Source: Saprolegnia diclina VS20 (lineage: Eukaryota). Taken from it: a stretch of 33,888 nucleotides of DNA. Numbering within the stretch: the first letter of the stretch is position 1; every line of letters begins with the position of its first letter. The stretch covers positions 69,513-103,400 of the forward strand of contig NW_008246149.1 in NCBI RefSeq assembly GCF_000281045.1, in the 5' to 3' direction. Both the position numbers and the translations under genes were made by a program. Below are positions 1 through 12,000 of this stretch, piece by piece. The notes under the pieces are model-generated. The model did not search any database, was not told where the DNA came from, and worked only from the letters and a program-made list of their open reading frames with translations.

Positions 1-3000
1 GTGACAGCTTGCTGGCGGCCGTTGGGCGTGATCTCGACGACGCGGTTGTCGATCGAGAGCGTTGTAAACGTCTCGAGCACAATGTCCTCAAACATCTCGG
101 GCGTGACGCCGAGCTCGTCGATGGTCCGAATCTTGGCGAGCGACTGGACGAGCATGCGGTCGATGGCTTCAAGGTCGTCGACTCCAACAGGCTCATGGAC
201 GAGCCACTTCCACACGAGCGGCGCCAAGTCGAGCGCAAAGTAGTCGCGCGATCGGACCGCGGCGCCGAGGAGCTTGCCGAGAAACTCGAGAAGACGTCGC
301 CGCAACCGGTGCTGAGTTCCAAACGCTGCCGGGTGGAGCACCCATTTCTCCCGTCCAGTGCCCACGTTGTGCGCGGCGTTCGGTGTGCGCAGCAGCAACG
401 GCAGCTGCGCACTTTGGAGCTCGGCGCCATACTGGCAAAAGGTCTCTCGGTACGGGCCACCGGCGTCCTCGGCGTTTTCACCGAGAAACTTGACGTAGTA
501 GACGTTGTCGTGGCGCCGAAAATGATAGTTCTCCGTCGCGTTGAGCTGACGAAAGGCTTGAGCAAAGAGCGCCGACCGCGCGTCTTCGTCGGGCACGCCG
601 GTTGCCCGTTGCCGCATCGCTTTCGGTCGGTTGAGCGTCAAGTCGACGGCCGCCCCCGGCCGCTGCGTGCGCTTGAGTGCCGCGTCCCACAGCGTTTTCT
701 TGAGCCGATGGAAGAGAAGCCCTCGGCAACGCCCGAGCATGTCCGTGAGACTGCCCTTGGGTGCGTCGGCTTCGAGCTGCACCCACGGCAACAGGCGGTG
801 CAAGCCAACGTTGAACTGCTGGAGGTAGCTGAAGCGCGCTGCGAGTCGGTCGTGGTTGGCAAACAGCGTGTCGTCGCCCGGCGCGGCCACTCGACCGTAT
901 GCGACGTCGCACAAGAGCGGCCACCGAACGAGCTCGTCGTCGTGCGGCGCAATCTCCGACCACGACACGCGGAGCCCGTGGGCCACGTCGAGCTGCCGTT
1001 GCGTAAACTTGGCGTTGGCAAACTCGACCAGCTGCACGTTTTGCTTGTGCGGGCGCGGGTACTCGAGGTCGCCAGGACAGATAAAGCGTGTTCGCGGCGC
1101 GCTCTCGGCGTGATAGTGGCCATAGATGGTGACCTTATACCCCCACGCGCCGAGCGTTTGCTGGTATAAGGGCGAGAAGAGCCACGACTTCCACTGGCGC
1201 AACGCCGCCGCCGTCGTCGACGCCACGACACCGGTCGTCGACGTCTGTGCGTCGCAAAGCACCGTGCCGTGGCCTTCGTCCAGTCGCCACCGGTGCAACA
1301 ACCGAGGCGAGAGGTCGAGCAGCTTGTGGCGCACTTGAATTGGCTCCCATCCGTCTTCGGCCCAGTCGTAGACGACAAACGGTGTCGGTGCGTGCTCGTC
1401 CGAGAGCACACCGACGTACCCATCTGGGAGGTACTGGAACGACCGTTGCCCAAGGTTCCAAGCCACCCCTTGCGCACCGAGGGGACTCAGCGACACGGCA
1501 GGACTCAAGCCGCCTCGGTCTTGCCATCGGTTGGCACTCGGAAGCGCTTCTTCGATGAGGCGAACGTGCGGCCCCAACGGCACCAACATATCCGGGTTGT
1601 GCAGCAGCCACTCGAGCGCGGCCGCGACGTCCTGGTCGTTGCGCTGGAGCGCTTCGATGGCCTTGTGACGCGAACAGCCCATGGCCAGTAGCTCGGCAAT
1701 CTTGGCCTCGCGCGCACTCATACTGCGCGGTGTGCTCGGGTCGCGCAGGATCGGCGCGACCCGGAGCGCGGCCACACGGTTGGTGGGTGCTTGTGGCAAT
1801 GCCGTTGGGGCGCCAAACGTGTCACCGACGCGGTGGCCGTTGAGTGTGAACGCCATCGTGCCCGCGTCGCAGTCGAGAAGACAGCCGACGACGTCGCCCG
1901 CTTTTACGACCGTCTCGAGCGGCGTCTGGAACGGCAATGGACCGTCGTGCCACATGTACTGCTTGTGGAGGTCGATCGCGTAGGCGTCGCCATTATCGCC
2001 GAGCACCGAGCTTTTGTGTCGCGGCGTGCACTGCGGCGAGGCCCACCCCACCAGCACCGACCCGCCCGAGAGGAGCGCGACCTCGTAATAGACCTTGCCG
2101 CGCTGGACCGCGACCGATGCTTTGAGCGTACATAGGTCCCGACCCGTTCTGTTGATGGTCGTCCACGGACACAAGGACGGCGGCAAACGACTCGGCAAGA
2201 CACGGCCCTTGTCGAGAAACTCGCGCCGGACGTCGCTCGATGTCAACGGCGCATCCCACACCTTGACATCGTGGAGCTGACCGTGCAGACCAGTGTACTG
2301 CTTGAAGCCGAGGCGACCTGCAGCAACGGACGACCCCAAGAAGAGCGTGCCAAAGGGCGTCGCGTACGCGGTGCGACCGTAAAAGGTATGGGAGGTCCAC
2401 TTTTCGCCGTTCTTGTAGAGTGTCACATCCGAGCCGCTGCCGACGACCGAGAGGAGCGCCCACGCATTGGGCGACAGTGCTTCCGAGAGCATGCTGTCGA
2501 GGAAGCCGCCACTCTTGAAGAGAAGTCGAATTTTCCAGTCGGCCGTCACGCTCATGTGAACGCACGCATTGGCGTCGGCGCCACCCGCAAACAAAATCGT
2601 TTGCGGCGTCGACTCCTTACTTTGCAGATCGTCGCTCAAGCGGAGCCAAAACTGCAGGCTAAAGTCATCCCGCAATCGCAGCGTCGGTGTTATCGGCAGC
2701 GACACGACCGTCTCTTGCCGAAAGTCCAAGCTGCCCTTGAACTCAATGTCTTTCTGCACCGACGCCTGGTACGGCGTCGCTGTGATCGTGACGCTGTCGC
2801 CGTCGAGCCAAAGCACCGGTGGCACGCGCACATTCGCAAGGAACACGTCGTAATGGCCGTTGTAGCCATACCGGTAGAGTGCGGTGGTGTTGGTGCCGCG
2901 CCAATGGACCTTGACGCCCGTGCCCGCCCGCTGCTTCCAGCTACACAGCTCGACGACGTCGCCCGCGGCCCCCGCCCCACCATCCTCGTCGCCGTAGATC

Positions 3001-6000
3001 CAGTCGTCGCCACGCACGACCACGTCGCCTGGTGCCAAGGCGAGCTGCGGTGTCGGTGGTATCGGGCCAAACGCTGGCGCGTCCGGGTCGAGCTGTCCGT
3101 CGAGGCCGACGAGCGCGACGGTTTGCGACGGTGTGGCGAGCGTGAGCGTATCTTGGGAGCCCATCTGCGTGTGCCGGTCAAAGCGCACCTCCAGTTTGAT
3201 GGCGCCGGGCAAACGGACGGTCTTGGTCGCCATGTCGTCGGGGAGTGGATGCAAGCTCTCGAGCGTCACGGTCGTGGGACTGTGGCTCGTCTCGGCCAGG
3301 AGCATCGCTGTGCTCTCCATGAGCTTGGCGTACCACGTTGGATCGATCCGCGTCGGCGGCGTCCACTCGGACGATACGACAATGCGGTCGTTGATCGACG
3401 CCAGCGCAACGACGGGTACGAGGTCGGTGATCTCCGGCGGCACGGGCGCGGACGCGACGAGTGCTCGGTTTTTGCGCAAAGCCAGTCGGCCTCGGCTCAA
3501 GTCGGCGTCGAGCGTGAGCACGTCGCCGTCGTGCAACGTCACAGAAAGGGCTTGCACACTCTGCGGCGGCGTCTTGGACGACGACCAGAGGACGCTCCAT
3601 GGCGTCTTTGCTCGTGTTTTTACACCGATGGTCACGCCCGACGAACACGACTGCAGTTGCACGGTGAGGTGATGGGTACAGCCGCGGTGCCACATGCTGT
3701 GGGGCGACAACTCGACGAGCGCGTTGACGTCGGTACACACGAGCTCGATGGGCGCCGGCAAGAGGGACGCGGGGGCGGGAAACCCACGGGTTTCGACTGC
3801 ATGGTCGAGAGCGAGCGCCGTCTCCACCAAGCTCTGCAGGTACACCGACTTGACGTCCGAGCGTTCTTCGGCGCGATGCTGCGCCAACATGCGCTTCTTG
3901 ACGAGCTCCAAGAGCTCCGAGAGCGCGGTTCGCTGCTTCGCGATATGCTGCCAGGAATTCGCGTCCAAGGCCACATACGAAAGCATGCGGAGCGCCGACA
4001 CTTTGGCGGTCTGCGGCATGGACGTGAGCGCTGTCGCCCACGCGTCAAGCACATGCGGGGCGTAGAGGACGTCGAGCACTTGCGTCGACTTGTGCGGCAC
4101 GGCACAGAGCGCGTCCATGAGCCAGCGCGCAACGTCCGCGCGCGGTGCGTCCCCAAGCGACGTTGGCGACGGCATCTCGGGTCCCAAGAGACCGTAGGCT
4201 GTCAACGCAAAGCCCCAGTCGTTCCCACTTGCGTCCGAATGAAAATACACTTCAAAGCGGTCGGCGTCAATGAGAAGCGGGGGTCGGTTCCCGACTCCAG
4301 GCCAGTTCTCGGTCCCTGCCCGCCCCGAGTACTGCGCCTCACCATAGATAATGCTTCGGTCCGACGCATTGCAAAAGCTCACATAGTCGCAGCCGCCTTC
4401 GGTCTTGCTGCGCGCGTCAAACACAATCTGGATCTGCGTCGCGCCAGGAATCTCGACCTTCCAGTACGTATCCGCATTGTCCAGATACGGGTGCGGACTC
4501 TCGACCGAGCGCACGATCGCTCGGCCCCTCGGCAGCGCGTCTCGCAGCTGCGCCTGCGTGTGCACGTAGTAGTCTACCACCTTGGACAGCAGCGGGAGAC
4601 CCGTCGTCGGCAGCGCGACAAACTCGGCGAGGCGCTTGCGCAGCGCAGCTTTGGCGTCGATCGACGTGGTTGACGCAGTGAGAAAGACGACGAGAAGCTC
4701 CAGAAAGGTACCGCTCGAGACCCCCAACGCCTCGAGATGGAAGTCCGAACGCTGGAAAAGCGAGAGCAATGTCGCCCGAGCGACCTGGATGGCTTGGGCG
4801 TTGGCCGTCTCGACCGCGAGCGACTGCAGTCGGTGGCTCTGGCCCTTGATCTCCTCGATCGTGAAGTGCGACGTAAAGTTGGCCAACTCGTCTTGCTCTT
4901 CGTTCGACTCGTCAACATCGGATGCGATGACCGCCTTGTCGTCGACGCCGACGACCACCGTGTCTTCGTCAATGTGCGCCCACGGGCGCGCCAGAGGCCG
5001 TAGCATCCACCGGTCGCCACGACGCCATTGGCACCACCCCTTGTCGCCCGACGTCGTCTCGACGAGGCACCAGTCGCCACGCACATCTGTTACCTGCACC
5101 GTCGTCGTCGGTGTCAAGACGTCGACAATGTCGGATTCATCGTTGCAATCGGTGTGGATGGCCACGTTTTCAAACGGCTGGACGCGGTAGCGTGCGTCTG
5201 GCATCAACGTCGTCGTCGGCGTCGACTCTGTCGACGGCACGTAGCTCAGATAGCGTTGAAGCGACGGCAGTGGCGCCGTCGCGCGGGCAAACCCGTCAAA
5301 GGCACTAGCATCCGGCACAAGCGACGGCCGCATGCGCTCGTAGAGCATCTCGGTTACGTGGTACGACCGCTGGTTGAGCGCATCTGTCGTCAACGCCAGC
5401 GGCGTCACGCTCGGGAACGTGGCTTTCACGACAAACTTCCAGCCCCAATCGACATTGCTCGAGTCGGTACACCACAGCAGCGTAAAGCCCTCGGCCGGAA
5501 TCACGAGCGGTGGACGGCCACCGCAGCCAGGCCAATTCTCCGTGCCAGCCCGACCAGTGTACTGGTGGCACCCCCAGCGCTCGGTGAGCGTCTTGTCCTT
5601 GAAGAAGACGACGTAATCGCAGCCATCTTCGGTGCGCGACTGTCCGTCAAACGTGATCGTGAGCTCGCTCGCGCCCTTGAACGTGACGGCCATGTACTCG
5701 GAGATCGAGTTGGCGTACGGGTGCTTGGACTCGAACACTTGGGACTTGGGCATCGCCGCCGTCGGGCGTCCGTCAAAGGGCGAGATAGCGATCGATGCCA
5801 CGTCAGCGAGCAACTGGGGCGGCAACGACGGCAAGAACGACGACGGCGTGTACCGCTGCAGCACTTTTAGACACCGGGCGCGGAGGTCGCACCACGCCCC
5901 AAAGGCCGGTGTTGGGGGCACCTCGGGGGGTAGCTCTTCGCGCTCAATCATGGCGGTGGCCGTGAAGCGGAAGCCCCAGTCGTTGTTGTTGCTGTCCGAA

Positions 6001-9000
6001 TGAAAGAGGACATCAAAAGACGATGCGGGAATCACGAGCGGCGGCAACATCCCGACGCCGGGGAAGTGCGCGCCACTGTACTTGTCGTGCCCATACACGC
6101 GGGACCCGTCGCGCGCTCGGAACTGCACATAGTCGCAGTCCAACTCGGTGCTCGACTTGGGGTCAAACACGATCGTCACCGCATCGGCGGTGGCAAAGTC
6201 GACAGCGAACGTCATGTCGGCGCTGTGCGGGTACGGGTGCTCCGACTCGACGACCTCTGTCTTTTCGACACGCGAGCGGCGGGGGAGGTACATGGTCGGC
6301 AGATTTGCTCGCGATACCGATTGCGCCAAGAAGCGACTGAGGCCCTCGACGACGACCGGCACCGACGTACTCGCAAACTGAAACAAGTCGGTCGCATCGT
6401 CGCCGTCGTCACAGGCAATGTCACCAATAGGAACGTCGACCGGACGGCTACTGTCGCAGTCAAAGAGCACGGACGCCATGCGCGCTTCGCCGCGGAGATG
6501 GAACTGCACGATCGAGCCGGCTTCGACCGACTCCTTGCCGTCAATGTTGACGCAGCACCGGACGCGGCTCCCGAGTACGACGCCATCGTAGCTGCCTCCG
6601 AGCACCGCGACGGCCGCGAGCGCCCGCTGGAACGCCAGTGTGTCGTCGGCGGTCATCGCTGTGGACCCGAGCCACGCAAAGCTCGCTTCCAAATGGGGAA
6701 AAAGCGCTGCGCTCCAGACGCGGCTCCGGCCAAGGGCGCGTAGAAACTGCAGGTGGGCGTCGACGAGGCCCATGGCGCACTGCGCCGACATGCGCAGCGT
6801 CAGCGTCTGCGCACAGTGCACGAGCGGCGACGGCGCTTGCCACACGGAGAGGATCGTCCCGACAGTCTCGAGCAGCGTGAGCAAAAACGCGGGGCGGTCC
6901 GGAAACGCAACAGCAAACTCGTCGTCGACGACCGCTGGGTCCAGTGTCGGCGTGAGGTCCCGGAGCACGTGGAGCGCCGCGCAGCGCGTTTCGGTCGGGC
7001 CCAAGAGCACGACCTCAAGCAGGTGCCGCACAAGGACGGGCTTGGTGACAAATGACCGCCCAAAGCTCGTTTGCGCGCACGTTTTGACCAAGCCGAGCGT
7101 GTGGAGCGCGCGGTCCATCGGGAACACGCTGGGCGGCGCTTCCTGCGGGTTCAACCGCATGAGCAGCTGGACCTCGTGGTCTTGCAGCGGCACATTGATC
7201 ACATCGAACGCTGCGAGCCAGCACTGACTGGACGGCGCATCCAAGACGCGCGGCGGCGGCTCGCCAAAGTAGAACGGGTGGCCGTTCACGTGGCCAGTGG
7301 CATCCCGGGCGTCGCCGTACAGAGGCGCGACCACCGCCCGGAACCCCTAGCCTCGAGCATGAGCTTTCAAAACCTCGATCAATTGTATACCCATTTCGCG
7401 CTCATACTCGTCGAGTCAAGGCGCAGCGTGACGCTGTCGCCGTCGACAATCAGCGGTCTACACAACGCCATGTTCATCCTCCTGTCGTTCTTGTACGCGA
7501 GGAAGACGTACGGTTGACCATACGCGCCGGGGAAGTGGGCCGTGTAGGTCGCAAGAACCGCACTGCCCTTGGTCACATGCAGGGCATCGCCATTGGCGCG
7601 GTCGAGTTGCGAGAGCGAATCAAACGTAAGCACGAGCGATGACGCGCCGGGGTAATGGATCGGCCACGTGGCGGACAGTGCGTCCGGGGTCCCGGCGCAC
7701 GGGTGCGACGTTTCGAGTATCGTGGGCGCTTCGTTCGACGTCGACGGCAGCAGCAGCTCCTTCTCGAGCGTGTGGTGCGTGTCCAGGACGCCGTTGAGAT
7801 AGAGCTTCAAGAACGCATGCTCCTTGACGATGCACACGTGATTCCAAGCGTCTTTGTGAAGCGCGTCAGTGCTCTCGACAAGCACGTCCTTGTCCGTGCC
7901 CGAGCAAAGGACGTACTTGAGCTGCGCGTCGTCGGTGAGGAAGAGCCCGTGGTGGCTCCACGGCGCCATGTCGTCCGTGTCGACAACGAGATTCCGGTTG
8001 CCGTGCAAAAACACCATGCCGCCAATGCCTTCGTCCACGAGCTGCACTTGACACGACGGCGTCACCGGGTCCCATACGTAGATGCAAATCTGTTTGGTCG
8101 CGTGCCAGCTCACCTAGGGGTAGGGGTTGAAACAATGTGCGCTATTGACAGGGAGGTAGGAGACCTGCACCATGGCGGGCCCTGGAATGCCCACAACGGA
8201 GCCCGTGCCCGTGTCGCCGCCGTCTTCGTCGTCATTGCTGTCCCACTGCGGCCCGCGGCGCACCTCGTCGCCGACCTTGAGCGCATATTGGATATTGGGC
8301 GACGGTACATAGATCCAGAACGCGATCGAGTGGTTGACCAGCAGCGGTACAGACGGCGCCGTGGCCCCTGCGAGATGGCGGCCGAGGGCCTGGACCGACG
8401 AGCGAGACGCTGTGACAACGGCGCTGGCGACGCCTTCGAGCTGGAGGCGCACGGCTGCGAGGAGCTGCTTCTGGAACTGCGACACGTCTTCGCGCGATGG
8501 CGTCTCGGGCTCGTCGTCGACTGCCACAAAGTGCGAGAGGAGCACGCGCAACATCGACTGCGCTGCGCGCCGCAGATTCACGTGCTCGGACGGCAGGAGG
8601 CGTAGAATGTGCGGCAGCACCTTGCTCTCGTAGAGCAAGTAGGCGTCGCGCGCGTCGTAGTCGAGCGCCATCGCTTTCAGGAGCGTCGTGAGCAAGGCCG
8701 CGTCGACTGGCGAGATGGGATGCTGCAGCGTGCCCTCGAGAATCCGCGCACATGCTTTCAAGCACGAGAGCATGCTCTGGCTCAAGCGCTCGCGCTGGCG
8801 CTCGTCGCAGCCGTTGAGACTGTTGAAGAAATGAACGTTGGTTGCGCACGGATCTTCGGTGCCAATGCCGCGGAGACTCGTCGCAAAGCCGTGGAGAAAG
8901 AGGAGCTGGCTGCGCGCACTTGTCGTCGCCGCGAGTGCCGACCCGACAATGTGCACGCCAAGGTCGCGCAAACGAGCGCGGTCCTTCCGCACGCGCAAGA

Positions 9001-12000
9001 TAGTCGTGACGTCGTCGACGACGACGTCGCTTTGGACAAACTCGAGCACGAGCTCGGTCACCGACTTTGGCAGAAGTTGCGTCGCACGTTCGTACGAGCT
9101 GCGGCGGTACTCGAGGAGTGTCTTGAGCTCGGTCGCGGCTTCGACTTCGCGCACGAGGTGGCCCCACGAGTGCTGGCGTGAGAGCGCGGTCGTGTACTTT
9201 GCGAGAAGGCCCCAGCGCACTTTGGCCGCGCGCACAAACGCAAACGAAGCCGGTGTCAACGACAGTAGAAACGTCGACCGGTGCACGACCGCGTCGCAGA
9301 GTGCGACGATCGCTTCTTCCGACGCGCCTTTGAATGCCGACGGCTGGCGCTTCAAGCCCGGAAGACCCGCGTTCGGCCGCAACGACGCATGAATGCTCGA
9401 CTCGGCCGCATCGCCCAAGTCGAACCACTGCCGCATCTTTTGAGCCGTCCTCCACACTTTCAAGATGTGCGGCGACGGCGCGGTCGCACTCGCCTGCGTC
9501 GTCGCCCACTGGTAGACCTCCATGCCGTAGAGGTTGTGGTGCAGAAGGGCCGCGGCGACCGCGCGGACAGCGCGGTTGATGTGTGCAATCGCGCCTTGGT
9601 CTTCGCGCGTGTGCGTCTTGAGCGCGATCGTAGCGGCCTCTGCGACCGGACTCGTCGCGGGGTCGATGAGCGCATGCAGAAAGGCCACGACCGGCGCGTC
9701 GACGGTTGACGCTTCTTGGCCACCTTGCAGAAGGTGCGAGCTCAACAGCGGCATGTGCGTCACCTCGGTCGACGAGAGCGGCGCAAACAGCGTCGTTCGG
9801 ATCAGTGCCGACGCGATATGGGCAAGGACCGAGGCAATGCCTTCTTCAAGGTGCCGGAGCCAGTGCAGCGAGAGACACGTCGTTGGTGTGTGCACGTCGG
9901 CGACGATCGTGCACTTGAAGCCCCAATCGACGCCGGAGCCGTCTGTGTGAAAGAGCACAACGCACGCGCCGGCCTCAATGACAAGCGGCGGACGACCACC
10001 GACGCCGGGCCAGTTGACATCGTCGCCGCGCCCAGAGTACTTTTCATCGCCATAGTACGTCGTCTGCGTCTCATCTGTGTAGAATGTCACATAGTCGTAG
10101 CCCGGTTCTGTGCGACACGCCTCGTCAAACGTAATTGTGAGCCTATTCGCCCCCGGAACGCGCACGTCGGTGAGCGTATGCATGTTGTTCTGATACTCGT
10201 GCGGTGACTCGATGACCTTGACGACCTTGGCCGTGGTTTGGGACACGCTGGAGCCTTCCGCCGCCGCCATCGCCGTCGCCAAGTGCCCCACGTTGGCAAA
10301 GAGTGCATTCAACGGCGGCGCCATGGACGTGTAGATGCTCGTATCGTGCTGGAGCGACGTGAGAAAGTGATGCATCGCGGTGCTCAGCAGCGGCAGCACG
10401 ACGCCGACGACGCTGCTCTCGAGCCGGTGCCGCTTACTCTCGGCGCACGCCGTTGTCGCCACACAGCTCTCGAGGACGGCCAAAATCGCAGCCGAGGCCG
10501 TCGACCACGCGATGCGGGCGGCGTGGGCAGCCCAGAGCAGTGCCTGCGTCAAGGCGTAGACGAGCGCGACGAGGTCGGTTGCGAGCGCGTCGCTCGTCGG
10601 CGCGTCAAACAACGCCTGCGCCGACGTTAGCAGCGACGCCAAGTGCGCCACGGCGTCGCTCTGCTGCGCAATGTCTTGGACCTTGTCAATGGCCGCGAGT
10701 CGCTGTAGCAGAAGCGCCAGAATCGGGCGCTCCGACACATGCAATACGCCCTTGGTCGCCCGCGATAGAAACTGCAGCGCCATTTCGAGCTGGTCGGTCG
10801 GTCGGACGTAGAAGATGTCGAGCGAGGCCATGTAGAGCCGAAGCGCCGCTTGCACGATCGCGTTTTCGCCGTCGGGAAACCGCGTAAGCACAGTGAGGAG
10901 CGACGATAGCGGACTCGCTTTGACCCACGCGACGATAATGGCGTCGTCGACATGGCGACAGTGCGCGACGTTGGCGGTCAAGACCGTCATGGACGCCCGC
11001 AGCACGCATACTTCCCATGCTGCGAGGTCGTCACCGGCGCAGAACCGGCGCCCGTAGCGATCAACGAGCCCAACAAGCGTCTGCATCGTGTCGAGACGAA
11101 GATCCACCGCAAACGGGACGACCGCCACCGACTTGTCGAGCGCTGTGTCGGCGTGCACGAGCGGCCACGCCGCGGCCTCGAGCGTCCCGAGGAGATGCAG
11201 TGCCCATGTCATTGCCGGCGGCAGTGCCGCCGCCGCAAGGATATCCCGGGGCGCCGGCGCCGTCGCAGATCGCAATGGGATGCTTGGACCGGTGTTCTGA
11301 AGCGCCTCGATGCAGTGGCGCAGCGGGTGGTAGCCAAAGAGCGCGTTGGCCGTCGCCTCGAACGCAACCCGGGGCACAAAACCACTTTTTGAAAGGCTGG
11401 TCTGCACCGACTCGAGAAGACCGTCCCGGAGCGAGAAGAAGGCGTACGTCACGACACCGTCGATCAAGTGGACGAGGCTCAACTGACGTCCGTTCGTGTA
11501 GACGGCCGCCGTAGTCCAGTTGGTTGGTATCGCCCCGCTGGGGAGCATGTCGAGGCGAAGATCGACGTAACACCGGTGCACGGGCCCGTCACGCAAGTCG
11601 TACGTAATGACGCGAAGCCCATGACCGCCATGGACGCAAACGTCGTAGAGGTAGTCGCCTTCGGTTGTGATTTGCAGTCGCTGGTCGCCGTGCGTCGTGG
11701 CCTCTGGCAGGACGATCGTCTGCTGGACACTGAGATCGGTGCGCGACAGTAACAACAGTCCCAAGCTCGTACAGGACCCGGCGACGATCAATCGATTCTC
11801 AAGGCACGCAAGGCTGAGCGTCAGCGCTTTCGTTATTGCCGGCAACACGACATCGCCCCGGCTATAGAGGTGACTCCGCAGCTGGTCTTGGAGCGGCATG
11901 GCCACCGAAAACAAGAGCAAATGGTCGGCGTGCGTCAAGACATAGGCGTCTGCCAGTGTTGCTGCGTCCGCGACCGTCTCGGTCACGTCGTCAAAGCGAC

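Noticed and set aside
2271..4673. 800 aa plus-strand ORF, and similar long ORFs such as 9..1169, 5028..5870, 21316..22308 and 22202..23224
   Set aside because: They lie antisense to the ligase genes, are Arg/Val/His-rich with no motifs, and are the expected shadow ORFs of GC3-biased coding DNA.
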